Source: Acidimicrobiales bacterium (GTDB taxonomy: Bacteria; Actinomycetota; Acidimicrobiia; Acidimicrobiales; AC-14). From it: 54,941 nucleotides of DNA. The position numbers were made by a program, and so were the translations under genes. The stretch's first letter is position 1, and each line of letters begins with the position of its first letter. The stretch covers positions 1-54,941 of the forward strand of contig JBHENM010000144.1 of the NCBI GenBank assembly GCA_046262035.1. The letters are read 5' to 3'. Shown here piece after piece: positions 10,739 to 18,614 of the stretch. The notes under the pieces are model-generated. The model was not told the DNA's origin, did no database searches, and worked only from the letters and a program-made list of their open reading frames with translations.

Positions 10739-11647
10739 ATGGAGCAGGACGTAGCCAAGGCTCGCCAGATCGCCCTTCCCGTCTTCCTGGGCTTGGGCCT
10801 CGGTGGGTTCTACCTGATCATGAGAGGTTCCCGAAGGCTGGGGTCGGCGAACGACCAGTCCGCGGATTGGGTGCCCCAGTACCTCATCGACGGTCTGTTG
10901 GTGGCCGCCATCCTGATCGCCGGTCTCATCGTGACGTTCGTCGTCTTCGTCATAGCCGGGCGCCGCTCGGCCGAGACCATGGGTACGGCCGGGCTGATCT
11001 CCGTCGTGGTGATCGGCGCCGCCCTGAGCTGTGGTGCGGCGGCGATCGTGTACCAGTCGAAGGTCGTGGAGTTCGCCGAACCTTTGCTGACCGTCTCCGA
11101 TGCTCGGACTGTGCTCGATGAGGTCATCACCGGCCTGTCTGAGACGGGCCCGCAGCCGCCTCCGCGTCTCCCGTCTGGGTCGGAGCTGAGCCTGGATGCC
11201 CTCCCCGATCCGGCTGCCATGGTCGCATCCGTGGTCAGGTCCGAGCCCGAGGTATGCCGCGACTCGGCCAACCGGGACACGGGTTCGGTGTGGCTCTCGT
11301 GGGGGTTCAGCACCCGGGCGTTCGTTCCTCCCTCGGCCTTGGCCGTGACCGAGGTGTCCGGCATACCCCAAAGCCAGCTTCCTCCGGACTACCTCGGCCG
11401 GTTCAGAGACATGGCAGACAGCTTGCGGGCACTTGGGTTCGCCGTGTCCGAGAGCACCCAGAGCGAGAACTTGACCGGGACGCGGTCCACGCCTCCCCCG
11501 CGAGGTGGAGACCTGCCTCTTCCGGACGCCTACGCCGTGGATCTCTACGCCGGGATCGCGACGTTCTACTCCCGTCCCGGCGCGACCGCGGTCGACATGG
11601 CGTTCCGCCTCGTCTCGCCCTGTGTGAAGCCTGCCGGGCCGACGTAG
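10739..11647 (+). CDS. hypothetical membrane protein (3 predicted TM helices, then a ~190-aa soluble region)
   Basis: 302-aa ORF with coding-like G/C3 bias. No family recognised. Confidence 0.5.
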   Translation: MEQDVAKARQIALPVFLGLGLGGFYLIMRGSRRLGSANDQSADWVPQYLIDGLLVAAILIAGLIVTFVVFVIAGRRSAETMGTAGLISVVVIGAALSCGAAAIVYQSKVVEFAEPLLTVSDARTVLDEVITGLSETGPQPPPRLPSGSELSLDALPDPAAMVASVVRSEPEVCRDSANRDTGSVWLSWGFSTRAFVPPSALAVTEVSGIPQSQLPPDYLGRFRDMADSLRALGFAVSESTQSENLTGTRSTPPPRGGDLPLPDAYAVDLYAGIATFYSRPGATAVDMAFRLVSPCVKPAGPT

Positions 11648-11674
11648 CTCATCGATCGCATCGAAGATGGTGAC

Positions 11675-12748
11675 GTGCCGGTGAAAAGCTCTCTGGTGGT
11701 CGGGGTGGCTGCTGCGATGACCGCGGTGGCCGGTCTCATCCACGCCGCCGCCGCCGGCACCCACAGCGGGGACGCCGCGCTGGCCCTTCTGTTCGCCGGG
11801 GCCGCCCTCGCCCAAGTGGCGGTGGCGGCGCTTTTGGTGGTCCACCCCGCCCGCCGGACGCTGCTCGCCTGCGCGCTTCTCAACCTCGGCATCGCCGCCG
11901 CATGGGGCGTTTCGAGGCTCAGCGGGCTCCCGCTCCTCGACGACCTGGCTCAGCGGCAACCCGTCGGCCTCCAGGACTTGTCGGCCACCGTGGTCGAGGT
12001 GTTGGCCGCCGGTGCCGCCATCCTCGCCGCCGTACAGCCCGGCGCCGCGCTCAGGCCCCGCTTCTCGCCGCTGCTGGCTCTGGCCGCGCTGCCGGCCGTG
12101 GTCGGGATGGCGGCCCCCCACCAGCACGACGGTCCGCCCAACGGGTCGCCCAACGAGGCGGGCCACCACGGAGTCGCCCAGGCCCTGGTCGTCGACCCCA
12201 TCTTCTCCGGGGCGGAGACGTCCCACGTGCCGGCGGAACAGCTGGACGCGGCCAAGCGGCTCATCACCGGGACCAGGGCGGCCGTGGCCGAGAACCTGGC
12301 GGACGAGGCCGCCGTGGTTGCCGCCGGCTACCGCTCGATCGGCGACGGACGCGCCGTCGGGACTTTCGAGCACTTCGTGAACGCCGACTACCTGACCGAC
12401 GGGCGGGAGCTGGATCCCGAGCACATCGAGTCGGTCGTGTTCGAGAACACCGGTGCCGGCAAGCGGTTGGCGTCGGCCATGTACATCCTGGAGTGGGGCG
12501 ACACCATGGCCGACGTTCCCGAGATCGCCGGCGACCTCACAACGTGGCACGACCACCAGAACCTGTGCTGGGACGAGTCGGGGACCCGCCTCGCCGGCAT
12601 CCTCCTCAGCGGCCAGTGCTTCCCCCGAGGCACGTTCCGAGCTACCCCACCCATGCTCCACGTGTGGCTCGAAGACCACGAGTGCGGGCCCTTCGCCGGC
12701 ATCGACGGCCACGGCGGAGCCTGCGCCGGCCACGGGCACGGGCAGTAG
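11675..12748 (+). CDS. hypothetical polytopic membrane protein with His/Cys-rich C-terminal domain
   Basis: N-terminal ~150 aa contains 4-5 hydrophobic helices. C-terminal domain carries HQHD, GHHG, FEHF, WHDHQNLCW, MLHVWLEDHECG and a GHGGACAGHGHGQ tail. No family recognised. Confidence 0.55.
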   Translation: MPVKSSLVVGVAAAMTAVAGLIHAAAAGTHSGDAALALLFAGAALAQVAVAALLVVHPARRTLLACALLNLGIAAAWGVSRLSGLPLLDDLAQRQPVGLQDLSATVVEVLAAGAAILAAVQPGAALRPRFSPLLALAALPAVVGMAAPHQHDGPPNGSPNEAGHHGVAQALVVDPIFSGAETSHVPAEQLDAAKRLITGTRAAVAENLADEAAVVAAGYRSIGDGRAVGTFEHFVNADYLTDGRELDPEHIESVVFENTGAGKRLASAMYILEWGDTMADVPEIAGDLTTWHDHQNLCWDESGTRLAGILLSGQCFPRGTFRATPPMLHVWLEDHECGPFAGIDGHGGACAGHGHGQ

Positions 12749-12759
12749 AATTCAGGGAG

Positions 12760-14211
12760 ATGGGCGGCAGGCGGGCTCGGCGGGCGGCGGCGGCGTTCAC
12801 CGTGCTCGTAGCGCTCCTGGCTACGCCCGACCCCGCGGCTGCGGCCCCCGGACCGGTGGAGGTGGGCCCGGCCGAAGGTCTCTCGGCCACGCCGGCCGCC
12901 ACCATGGCCAGCGCCCGTTCGGCCCACGCCGCCGTCACCCTGTTGAACGGGAAGGTACTGGTCGTCGGCGGCCGGATCCCGGGCGGTTTCGTGGACACGG
13001 CCGAGCTGTACGACCCGTCGTCCGACACCTGGTCTCCGGCGGGTGCGCCCGGATTCGGGGCTTGGGCCTCAGCCACGTTGTTGGTCGACGGGCGAGTCCT
13101 CGTCGCCGGAGGTAACCACCAGCTGGGGCCGTGCCCGCAGCACAACTGCATCGACAACAAGGCCGCCGTCTACAACCCCGACACCAACACCTTCTCGCCG
13201 GCGCCGCCTATGAACTTCCAACGATCGAGACATACCGCCACCCGCCTGACGGACGGGCGCGTTCTCGTCGCCGGCGGCGCGCGCGACGACTTCACATCGC
13301 ACGTGTCCGCCGAGGTGTACGTGCCTGCGACCAACTCCTGGGTCCCCACCGGGCCCATGCTCCAGGGCCGCGCTTCCCATACCGCCACCCTGCTCCCCAA
13401 CGGCACGGTGCTGGTGGCCGGCGGGGACGGCAACGACGTCCAGGGAGTGGCCACGACCGAGCTCTACGACCCGGGCGCGGGAACATGGTCATCGGGGCCC
13501 AGCATGTCGGCCGCTCGCTCATGGGCCACCGCCACCACGCTGGGGTCCGGCGGCAGGATCCTGGTGACGGGAGGAGAGGGCGACGCCTTCGGGAACGCGC
13601 TCGCCAGCGCCGAGCTGTACGACCCCGCCGTCAACGCGTGGTCCGCGGCGACTTCGATGGCCGTATCTCGCGTCCGTCATACCGCAACCCTGCTGCTCGA
13701 CGGCACCGTCCTGGTGACGGGGGGGACGGTGGGAGGCAACTCATCGGTCGAGTCGCTGAACAGCACCGAGCGGTACCGCCCCAGCTCCAACAGCTGGACC
13801 TCCGGCCCCAGGATGGCCGTCGCCCGCCAGCAGCACACGGCCAGCCTCCTCGGAAGCGGCGACGTTCTGGTGGCCGGAGGAGTCCCGATCACGGCGACGG
13901 CCGAGAGGCTGGGCGCACCCCCCCTCGCCAACCCCACCGTGCTCGAGCCCGGGCAGGCGTTCTCGGCCGGCGTCCACGGACTGCTTTCGCCCAACTCCTC
14001 CTACCGGCTGAAGCTCGGCACCGGCGCGGAGACCTGCCACCTGTCGACGACGTTCCTGGGCGGCACCGTCAACGCCGACGGCAGCGGCGACATCGCCCCC
14101 GTTCGCCGGGTGCTCCCCTCCAACCTCACCTCGGGCGAGCGCCACCTGTGCTGGGTCAGGAACGGGAGCACCACCGACCACAGCCTGCCCACCGAGATCA
14201 CCATCGTCTGA
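12760..14211 (+). CDS. secreted Kelch-repeat beta-propeller protein
   Basis: ATG 12760 preceded by AGGGAGA. Signal-like MGGRRARRAAAAFTVLVALLATPDPAAAAP. Seven blades marked by LLNGKVLVVGG, LVDGRVLVAGG, LTDGRVLVAGG, LPNGTVLVAGG, GGRILVTGG, LLDGTVLVTGG and GSGDVLVAGG. Confidence 0.8.
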   Translation: MGGRRARRAAAAFTVLVALLATPDPAAAAPGPVEVGPAEGLSATPAATMASARSAHAAVTLLNGKVLVVGGRIPGGFVDTAELYDPSSDTWSPAGAPGFGAWASATLLVDGRVLVAGGNHQLGPCPQHNCIDNKAAVYNPDTNTFSPAPPMNFQRSRHTATRLTDGRVLVAGGARDDFTSHVSAEVYVPATNSWVPTGPMLQGRASHTATLLPNGTVLVAGGDGNDVQGVATTELYDPGAGTWSSGPSMSAARSWATATTLGSGGRILVTGGEGDAFGNALASAELYDPAVNAWSAATSMAVSRVRHTATLLLDGTVLVTGGTVGGNSSVESLNSTERYRPSSNSWTSGPRMAVARQQHTASLLGSGDVLVAGGVPITATAERLGAPPLANPTVLEPGQAFSAGVHGLLSPNSSYRLKLGTGAETCHLSTTFLGGTVNADGSGDIAPVRRVLPSNLTSGERHLCWVRNGSTTDHSLPTEITIV

Positions 14212-14227
14212 GCACTACCGTCGGGCC

Positions 14228-15244
14228 GTGGCCGACGACGGGATCGCGGTTGAGGCAGCGGGCCGGGAGCTGGTCATCACCCACCCCGACAAGGTCTTCT
14301 TTCCCGAGCGGGGCGAGACGAAGCTCGACCTGGTCCGCTTCTACCAGGCGGTGGCCGGTCCCCTGCTGGCGGCCATGGGCGGCCGCCCTGTTCTCCTGCA
14401 GCGGTTCCCCAACGGGGCCGGCGGCTCCTCGTTCTTCCAGAAGCGGGTCCCCGAGACCCGTCCCGACTGGCTGCGGACCACCATCGTCAGCACGCCCAAC
14501 GGCACCACCTCGCAGGCCCTCGTGATCCACGACCTGGCCCATGTCCTGTGGGCGGTGAACATCGCCTGCCTCGGCTTCCACGTGTGGCCCACGAGGGCCG
14601 ACGATCCCGAGCACGCCGACGAGCTCCGCATCGACCTCGACCCCACACCCGGCGTGACCTTCGCCATGGTGCAGGAGGCGGCCCACGAGGTCCGCGCCCT
14701 GCTTGACGAGCTGGGCGTCCTCGGGCTGCCCAAGACCACCGGCAACCGGGGCATCCACGTGTACGTTCGCCTCCAACCCCGGTGGACGTCCTACGACGTC
14801 CGCTCCGCCGCCGTAGCCGTCGCTCGCGAGCTGGAACGCCGCCGTCCCGACCTGATCACCGCCGCGTGGTGGAAGGAGGAGCGGGGCACTCGCGTTTTCG
14901 TCGACTTCAACCAGAACGCCCCCCACAAGACCATCTTCGGGGCGTGGTCGGTGCGGGCCCGTCCGGGGGGACAGGTGTCGACGCCGTTCCCGTGGGAGGA
15001 GCTGGACGCCATCCACCCTGACCCGCTGACCATCGCCACCGTCCCCGACCGGGTGGCGCGGGACGGCGATCCGTGGGCGGTAATGGCCACCAACCCGCAG
15101 TCGCTGGAGCCGCTGCTCGCCCTGCACGAGCGGGACCGGGCCGCCGGACTGCTGGACGCGCCGTGGCCCCCCGTCTACCCCAAGATGCCCGGTGAGCCTC
15201 CCCGGGTGGCACCCAGCCGGGCCCGGAAGCCCGCACCCGAGTGA
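14228..15244 (+). CDS. stand-alone LigD-type polymerase/primase domain (NHEJ PolDom)
   Basis: ITHPDKVFFPERGETKLDLVRFYQAVAGPLL..LQRFPNGAGGSSFFQKR..TTGNRGIHVYVRL..VFVDFNQNAPHKT is the typical LigD polymerase domain. Confidence 0.85.
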   Translation: MADDGIAVEAAGRELVITHPDKVFFPERGETKLDLVRFYQAVAGPLLAAMGGRPVLLQRFPNGAGGSSFFQKRVPETRPDWLRTTIVSTPNGTTSQALVIHDLAHVLWAVNIACLGFHVWPTRADDPEHADELRIDLDPTPGVTFAMVQEAAHEVRALLDELGVLGLPKTTGNRGIHVYVRLQPRWTSYDVRSAAVAVARELERRRPDLITAAWWKEERGTRVFVDFNQNAPHKTIFGAWSVRARPGGQVSTPFPWEELDAIHPDPLTIATVPDRVARDGDPWAVMATNPQSLEPLLALHERDRAAGLLDAPWPPVYPKMPGEPPRVAPSRARKPAPE

Positions 15245-15755
15245 GGATCGGCATCGACGTCTCGCAGCACCAGCTCTCCTGGGACGAGCTCCTGGCCAGG
15301 GTCCGTTTCGCCGAGGACGCCGGCTTCGACGGGGCGTGGGTGTTCGACCACTTCAAGGTGCTTTACGGCCCCTCCGACGGCCCGTGCTTCGAGGCGTGGA
15401 CCCTGCTGGCGGCGCTGGCCGCGGCAACCTCCCGGATCCGGCTGGGGCCCCTGGTCACGGGCGTCACCTACCGCCACCCCTCGATCCTGGCCGCCGAGGT
15501 GGTGACCGTCGACCACGTATCCGGGGGCCGGGTGGAGCTGGCCATCGGCGCCGCCTGGTTCGGCCAGGAGCACGAGGAGCTGGGGCTCGACTTCCCTCGG
15601 CCCGGCGAGCGGATGGACCGCCTGGACGAGGCCCTCCAGGTGATGACGGCCCTGATGACCGAGGACGGAGCCAGCTTCGAAGGCTGCCACTACCGATTGC
15701 GCAACGCCACCTACCGCCCGCGTCCGGTCCAGCAACCCCACCCGCCCATCTGGAT
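15241..15755 (+). pseudogene. LLM-class (luciferase-like, probably F420-dependent) oxidoreductase, 3'-truncated by the IS
   Basis: MRIGIDVSQHQLSWDELL..AEDAGFDGAWVFDHF..GPLVTGVTYRHPSILA..GGRVELAIGAAW..QQPHPPIW, then the reading frame enters the IS inverted repeat at 15756. About 170 of an expected ~300 aa remain. Confidence 0.75.
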
Positions 15756-15791
15756 GAGGATGTCCCGAACGTTGTTGGAGTTCGGTGACGG
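15756..15791. repeat. IS256-family left terminal inverted repeat
   Basis: About 28/36 match to the reverse complement of 17193-17228. Confidence 0.75.
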
Positions 15792-15803
15792 CCCGACCTC
15801 TTG

Positions 15804-17114
15804 CTATGCGACCCTTTCATTCTCGCATGAGGGTGTGACGGCGGGATCGACGTGACGCCGCAGAGCGTCGACGAGCTTTGGCATTTCCTTGCATCCCTTC
15901 ACTCGCCGGAAGCTCCGCTCGGCGTTGAGCATCCCGGCCGCCGCCCAACGCTTCACCATCGTGCCGTCCCGCCACCGCTTGACGTTGTGGGTGGTGGAGC
16001 GCCCGACCGAGATCATCGACTCGATGGGGTTCGTGCTCGTCAGCGTGCGAGCCAGGCGGTCGCCGACGCCGAGACGACGGACGGTGAACATCTCCTCCAG
16101 GCCCTCGCGCAGGCTGGCCGCGGCGTCGGGCCAGCGAGTCTCCAGCTGGCGGGCCAGGTCCCGAACCATGCGCAGCCCGGCGGCCGGATCGGCGTGGTTG
16201 AAGGCCTTGGCCAGGCGGGCGTCCACCCACCCTCGCTCTGACTCCGGCAAGTGGTCGGCACAGTTCCGGCGCTTGTGCAAGGTGCATCTTTGGATGAGGG
16301 CGGCGTCACCGAAGACCTTGCGCACGGCGGCGGCCAGGGCCTTGGCGCCGTCGATGACGACGAGCAGACCGCCCTCGGCGGAGAGGCCCCGGTCGACCAG
16401 GTCGGCCAGGAGGTGGGTGACGACCGTCTTGTTCTCCGTGTCGCCCAGCCACAGGCCCACCGGCACCTTGGTGCCGTCGGCGCAGATGGCCAGCGCCACC
16501 ACGCAGCAGTGCTCGGCGAAGTTGACGCCGTCGAGCATCAGCGCCACCACCTCGAGATCGCTCAGGTCACGGGCCATGAGCTCGTCGAGGGCCTTCTTGG
16601 TGTTGGCCACGAAGCGCCGCGACACCGAGGACTTCGAGGTGGACCGGGCCTCAGCCTCCACCTCGGTGCCGACCGGCTCGTTGGCCGCCCGGTGACGGCG
16701 GGTGGCGAGGCCGGCCAGCATCCGCTCCATGACCACGGCCGACAGCACGTCGTCGTCGGCGAAGGTCGCATAGCTGTCCAGGTGCACCTCGGTGTTGTCG
16801 GTGGTCCTGGCCCGGGGTCGCCGCACCTTGAGCCGGCGGCCGCCCAACACGACCGAGCCCGGGGCGCTGGCGTGACGGGTGGCGGCACGTCCCGGGATCT
16901 TGGCGTGCTTTGGTCCGACCTTGGCGGTCAGCTCCTCCTCCATCATCTCGACCAGCACTCGCAGGCCCACGGACACGCTCATGGCCAGCAACCCCTCGCG
17001 GGCGGCGCCGGCCAGCTCGCTGAAGACGAGACGCAGCTCCTCGGAGAGCTCGGGAAGCTCGGGCGCCTCATCACGGTCGACGAGGCGGACGGCGGATAGG
17101 TTCTTCTTCGTCAT
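15804..17114 (-). CDS. IS256-family (mutator-type) transposase
   Basis: 436 aa with MLDGVNF.., VVIDGAKAL.., RCTLHKRRN, TSTNPIESM blocks (DDE triad context) typical of IS256/Transposase_mut. Confidence 0.95.
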   Translation of the reverse strand: MTKKNLSAVRLVDRDEAPELPELSEELRLVFSELAGAAREGLLAMSVSVGLRVLVEMMEEELTAKVGPKHAKIPGRAATRHASAPGSVVLGGRRLKVRRPRARTTDNTEVHLDSYATFADDDVLSAVVMERMLAGLATRRHRAANEPVGTEVEAEARSTSKSSVSRRFVANTKKALDELMARDLSDLEVVALMLDGVNFAEHCCVVALAICADGTKVPVGLWLGDTENKTVVTHLLADLVDRGLSAEGGLLVVIDGAKALAAAVRKVFGDAALIQRCTLHKRRNCADHLPESERGWVDARLAKAFNHADPAAGLRMVRDLARQLETRWPDAAASLREGLEEMFTVRRLGVGDRLARTLTSTNPIESMISVGRSTTHNVKRWRDGTMVKRWAAAGMLNAERSFRRVKGCKEMPKLVDALRRHVDPAVTPSCENERVA

Positions 17115-17192
17115 TGGTGGTGGTCCCCTTCCTTGTCGGTGTTCTTGGCGGAACGCCCGACACCTACCAGAAGGCAGGTCTCAGGCGGGGGA

Positions 17193-17228
17193 CCGCCACC
17201 TCACTTCAACAAGCTGCGGGACAACCTC
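17193..17228. repeat. IS256-family right terminal inverted repeat
   Basis: Reverse complement matches 15756-15791. Confidence 0.75.
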
Positions 17229-17482
17229 GCCTCAGCGGCTACCCGAGCACAGAGAGCAGAAGGGTCGTCCTGATAGGTGACGACCTCACAGACGTGGCCG
17301 TAATGGCGGGCTGCCGAAGCCAGGTAACGAACCCCTAGGTTGTCCTGGTCCTGGAACCCGACGAGCAGCAGGCGCAGGCCACTGCCCGGAGGACGCCGGG
17401 CGTCGGGCGAGAAATCGACCTCGGCGCGGCGACCGAATGCCACCCGCTCTCCCGCGGCGAGCGAGGTAGACGAAGGGTCCAT
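17229..17482 (-). pseudogene. N-terminal fragment (~84 aa) of a B12-binding-domain radical-SAM enzyme, truncated by the IS
   Basis: MDPSS..GLRLLLVGFQDQDNLGVRYLASAARHYGHVCEVVTYQDDPSAL resembles the Rossmann-like cobalamin-binding N-domain of class B rSAM enzymes. The frame runs into the IS right end at 17228. Confidence 0.55.
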
Positions 17483-17485
17483 GGC

Positions 17486-17815
17486 TCAGCCTGGTCCGCC
17501 CTCGAGCTGCTCCTTCACCAGGGCCTCCATCGATTCGAGCCGCACTCGCTCAGCCGCGAGCTGGTGCAGGGTCGCCTGCAGCTGGACCTTGCTCAAGCGA
17601 CCGATATCGACGGGGGACGGGTCTCCCGGCCTCGGGACCTTGATCTTGGCCGCCGCCAACGCGGCGCGGCTGGGCCGGGCTCGGACGATGTCGTCGGGCG
17701 CCGGGTCCGACGCCAGGCCGATCGGGTCGAGGTTCTCGAGAATGCCCGACTGTTCGATGATGCTTTCCAGGAAGTCCACCCTGCGCTGAAGCATGCGGAA
17801 CTCGAGACCGTCCAT
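17486..17815 (-). CDS. hypothetical 109-aa protein translationally coupled to the radical-SAM gene
   Basis: ATG 17815 preceded by AGGAGG. Its stop lies 3 nt before the rSAM ATG. Internal repeat SDPAPDDIVRARPS / GDPSPVDIGRLSKV and a C-terminal coiled-coil-like segment. No family recognised. Confidence 0.55.
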   Translation of the reverse strand: MDGLEFRMLQRRVDFLESIIEQSGILENLDPIGLASDPAPDDIVRARPSRAALAAAKIKVPRPGDPSPVDIGRLSKVQLQATLHQLAAERVRLESMEALVKEQLEGGPG

Positions 17816-18025
17816 GGCGCCTCCTGTGTGCCGTCCCCGCGGCGACGCCGCAGCACTCATCGCCCCCAGATCGACGCTCGCCGTGCCGCCCGCTCCGAAT
17901 GCGTCCTCGCCAGACCATCCGAGGCGCAGTCTCTACTGGCCTGAATGTGTCCTACACCCGAGGCTGTCGAGCGTCAAGAGTCAAATGGCCATGCCAACGC
18001 CGCCGACTCGCAGGTGGGTCTGTGC

Positions 18026-18532
18026 CTACCTCGCGGTGTACCCGGACCAGTCCTCGGGGTTGGCCTCCACGAAGTGGGAGAGGACGTTGCCGTCCACGGC
18101 GTCGACCAGGACCAGTGCCCGGTTCTCCGGCGGCTCCTCGGCCGAGTACAGGAGGATGCGCCACGTCGGCCGGCTGAGAAGCCCACGCCAACCGAGCTGG
18201 GCCGAGGCATGCCCGACGGGAAACCCGACCTCGCTCGCCGCCGCGACCAGGGCGTCCAGATCACGCACGGCCAGGGGCCACCCGCTGGCCAGGTGGTAGG
18301 CGCCCAGGGCGAGCAGCAGCACGCTGATGCCGAAGAAGCCGGCGTTCACGAGCACGGGATCCCGATTGCCGGCGGCCCAGGCCAGGAGGCACAGGACGGC
18401 GAGCCCCAGGTAGAGCCACCCCGGCCGCCGGCGGCGGCGAATGTCGGGAAAGGTGTAGGGGCCCCGGACGGCCGAGACGTCGAGATCCTCGGGAAGCGAG
18501 TCGTGCTCCTCGGGCAGATCCGTCCCGGGCAT
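18026..18532 (-). CDS. hypothetical membrane protein (2 TM helices plus a soluble C-domain)
   Basis: MPGTDLPEEHDSLPEDLD..WLYLGLAVLCLLAWAA..FFGISVLLLALGAYHL. ATG 18532. The longer 281-aa ORF is an out-of-frame extension. Confidence 0.55.
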   Translation of the reverse strand: MPGTDLPEEHDSLPEDLDVSAVRGPYTFPDIRRRRRPGWLYLGLAVLCLLAWAAGNRDPVLVNAGFFGISVLLLALGAYHLASGWPLAVRDLDALVAAASEVGFPVGHASAQLGWRGLLSRPTWRILLYSAEEPPENRALVLVDAVDGNVLSHFVEANPEDWSGYTAR

Positions 18533-18614
18533 GGCCAGAAGGGTAGGCGGCCCAGGAATGCGCGGCGCCCATCCGGTGTTGAGCGCCCCAGAGGGGTTTC
18601 GAGGGGAAGTGCCG

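Larger units (their letters stand above)
15756..17228 (-). mobile_element. IS256-family insertion sequence (1473 bp)
   Basis: Mutator-type transposase flanked by imperfect terminal inverted repeats: gaggatgtcccgaacgttgttggagttcggtg at the left versus the reverse complement gaggttgtcccgcagcttgttgaagtgaggtg at the right. No target-site duplication (atctggat vs gcctcagc). Confidence 0.85.

Noticed and set aside
10703-12739. 678-aa minus-strand ORF.
   Set aside because: It is antisense to two plus-strand genes that have sensible TM and His-rich domain composition. Its translation is low-complexity Arg/Gly/Pro-rich with no recognisable motif.
11902-12759. N-terminal 286 aa of the 769-aa Kelch ORF.
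   Set aside because: It is an Arg/Gly/Pro-rich out-of-frame overlap of the preceding gene. A signal peptide with a good SD starts at 12760.
17861-18025. Possible promoter (TTGACG, 17 nt, TAGGAC on the minus strand) in the lower-GC spacer upstream of the 109-aa gene.
   Set aside because: The -10 hexamer is a poor match (it ends in C), and I have no way to verify it. It is not reported as a feature.
18531-18532. Divergent ORFs sharing a CATG so that both start codons overlap. The same pattern occurs at 50675/50676, and thrS and the fetA-like gene are separated by only 4 nt at 25068/25073.
   Set aside because: At 18.5 kb and 50.7 kb, downstream in-frame starts (ATG 18615 with a GAGGGGAAG SD; ATG 50696) give more conventional genes. 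This is probably an ORF-caller artefact rather than a real shared start.
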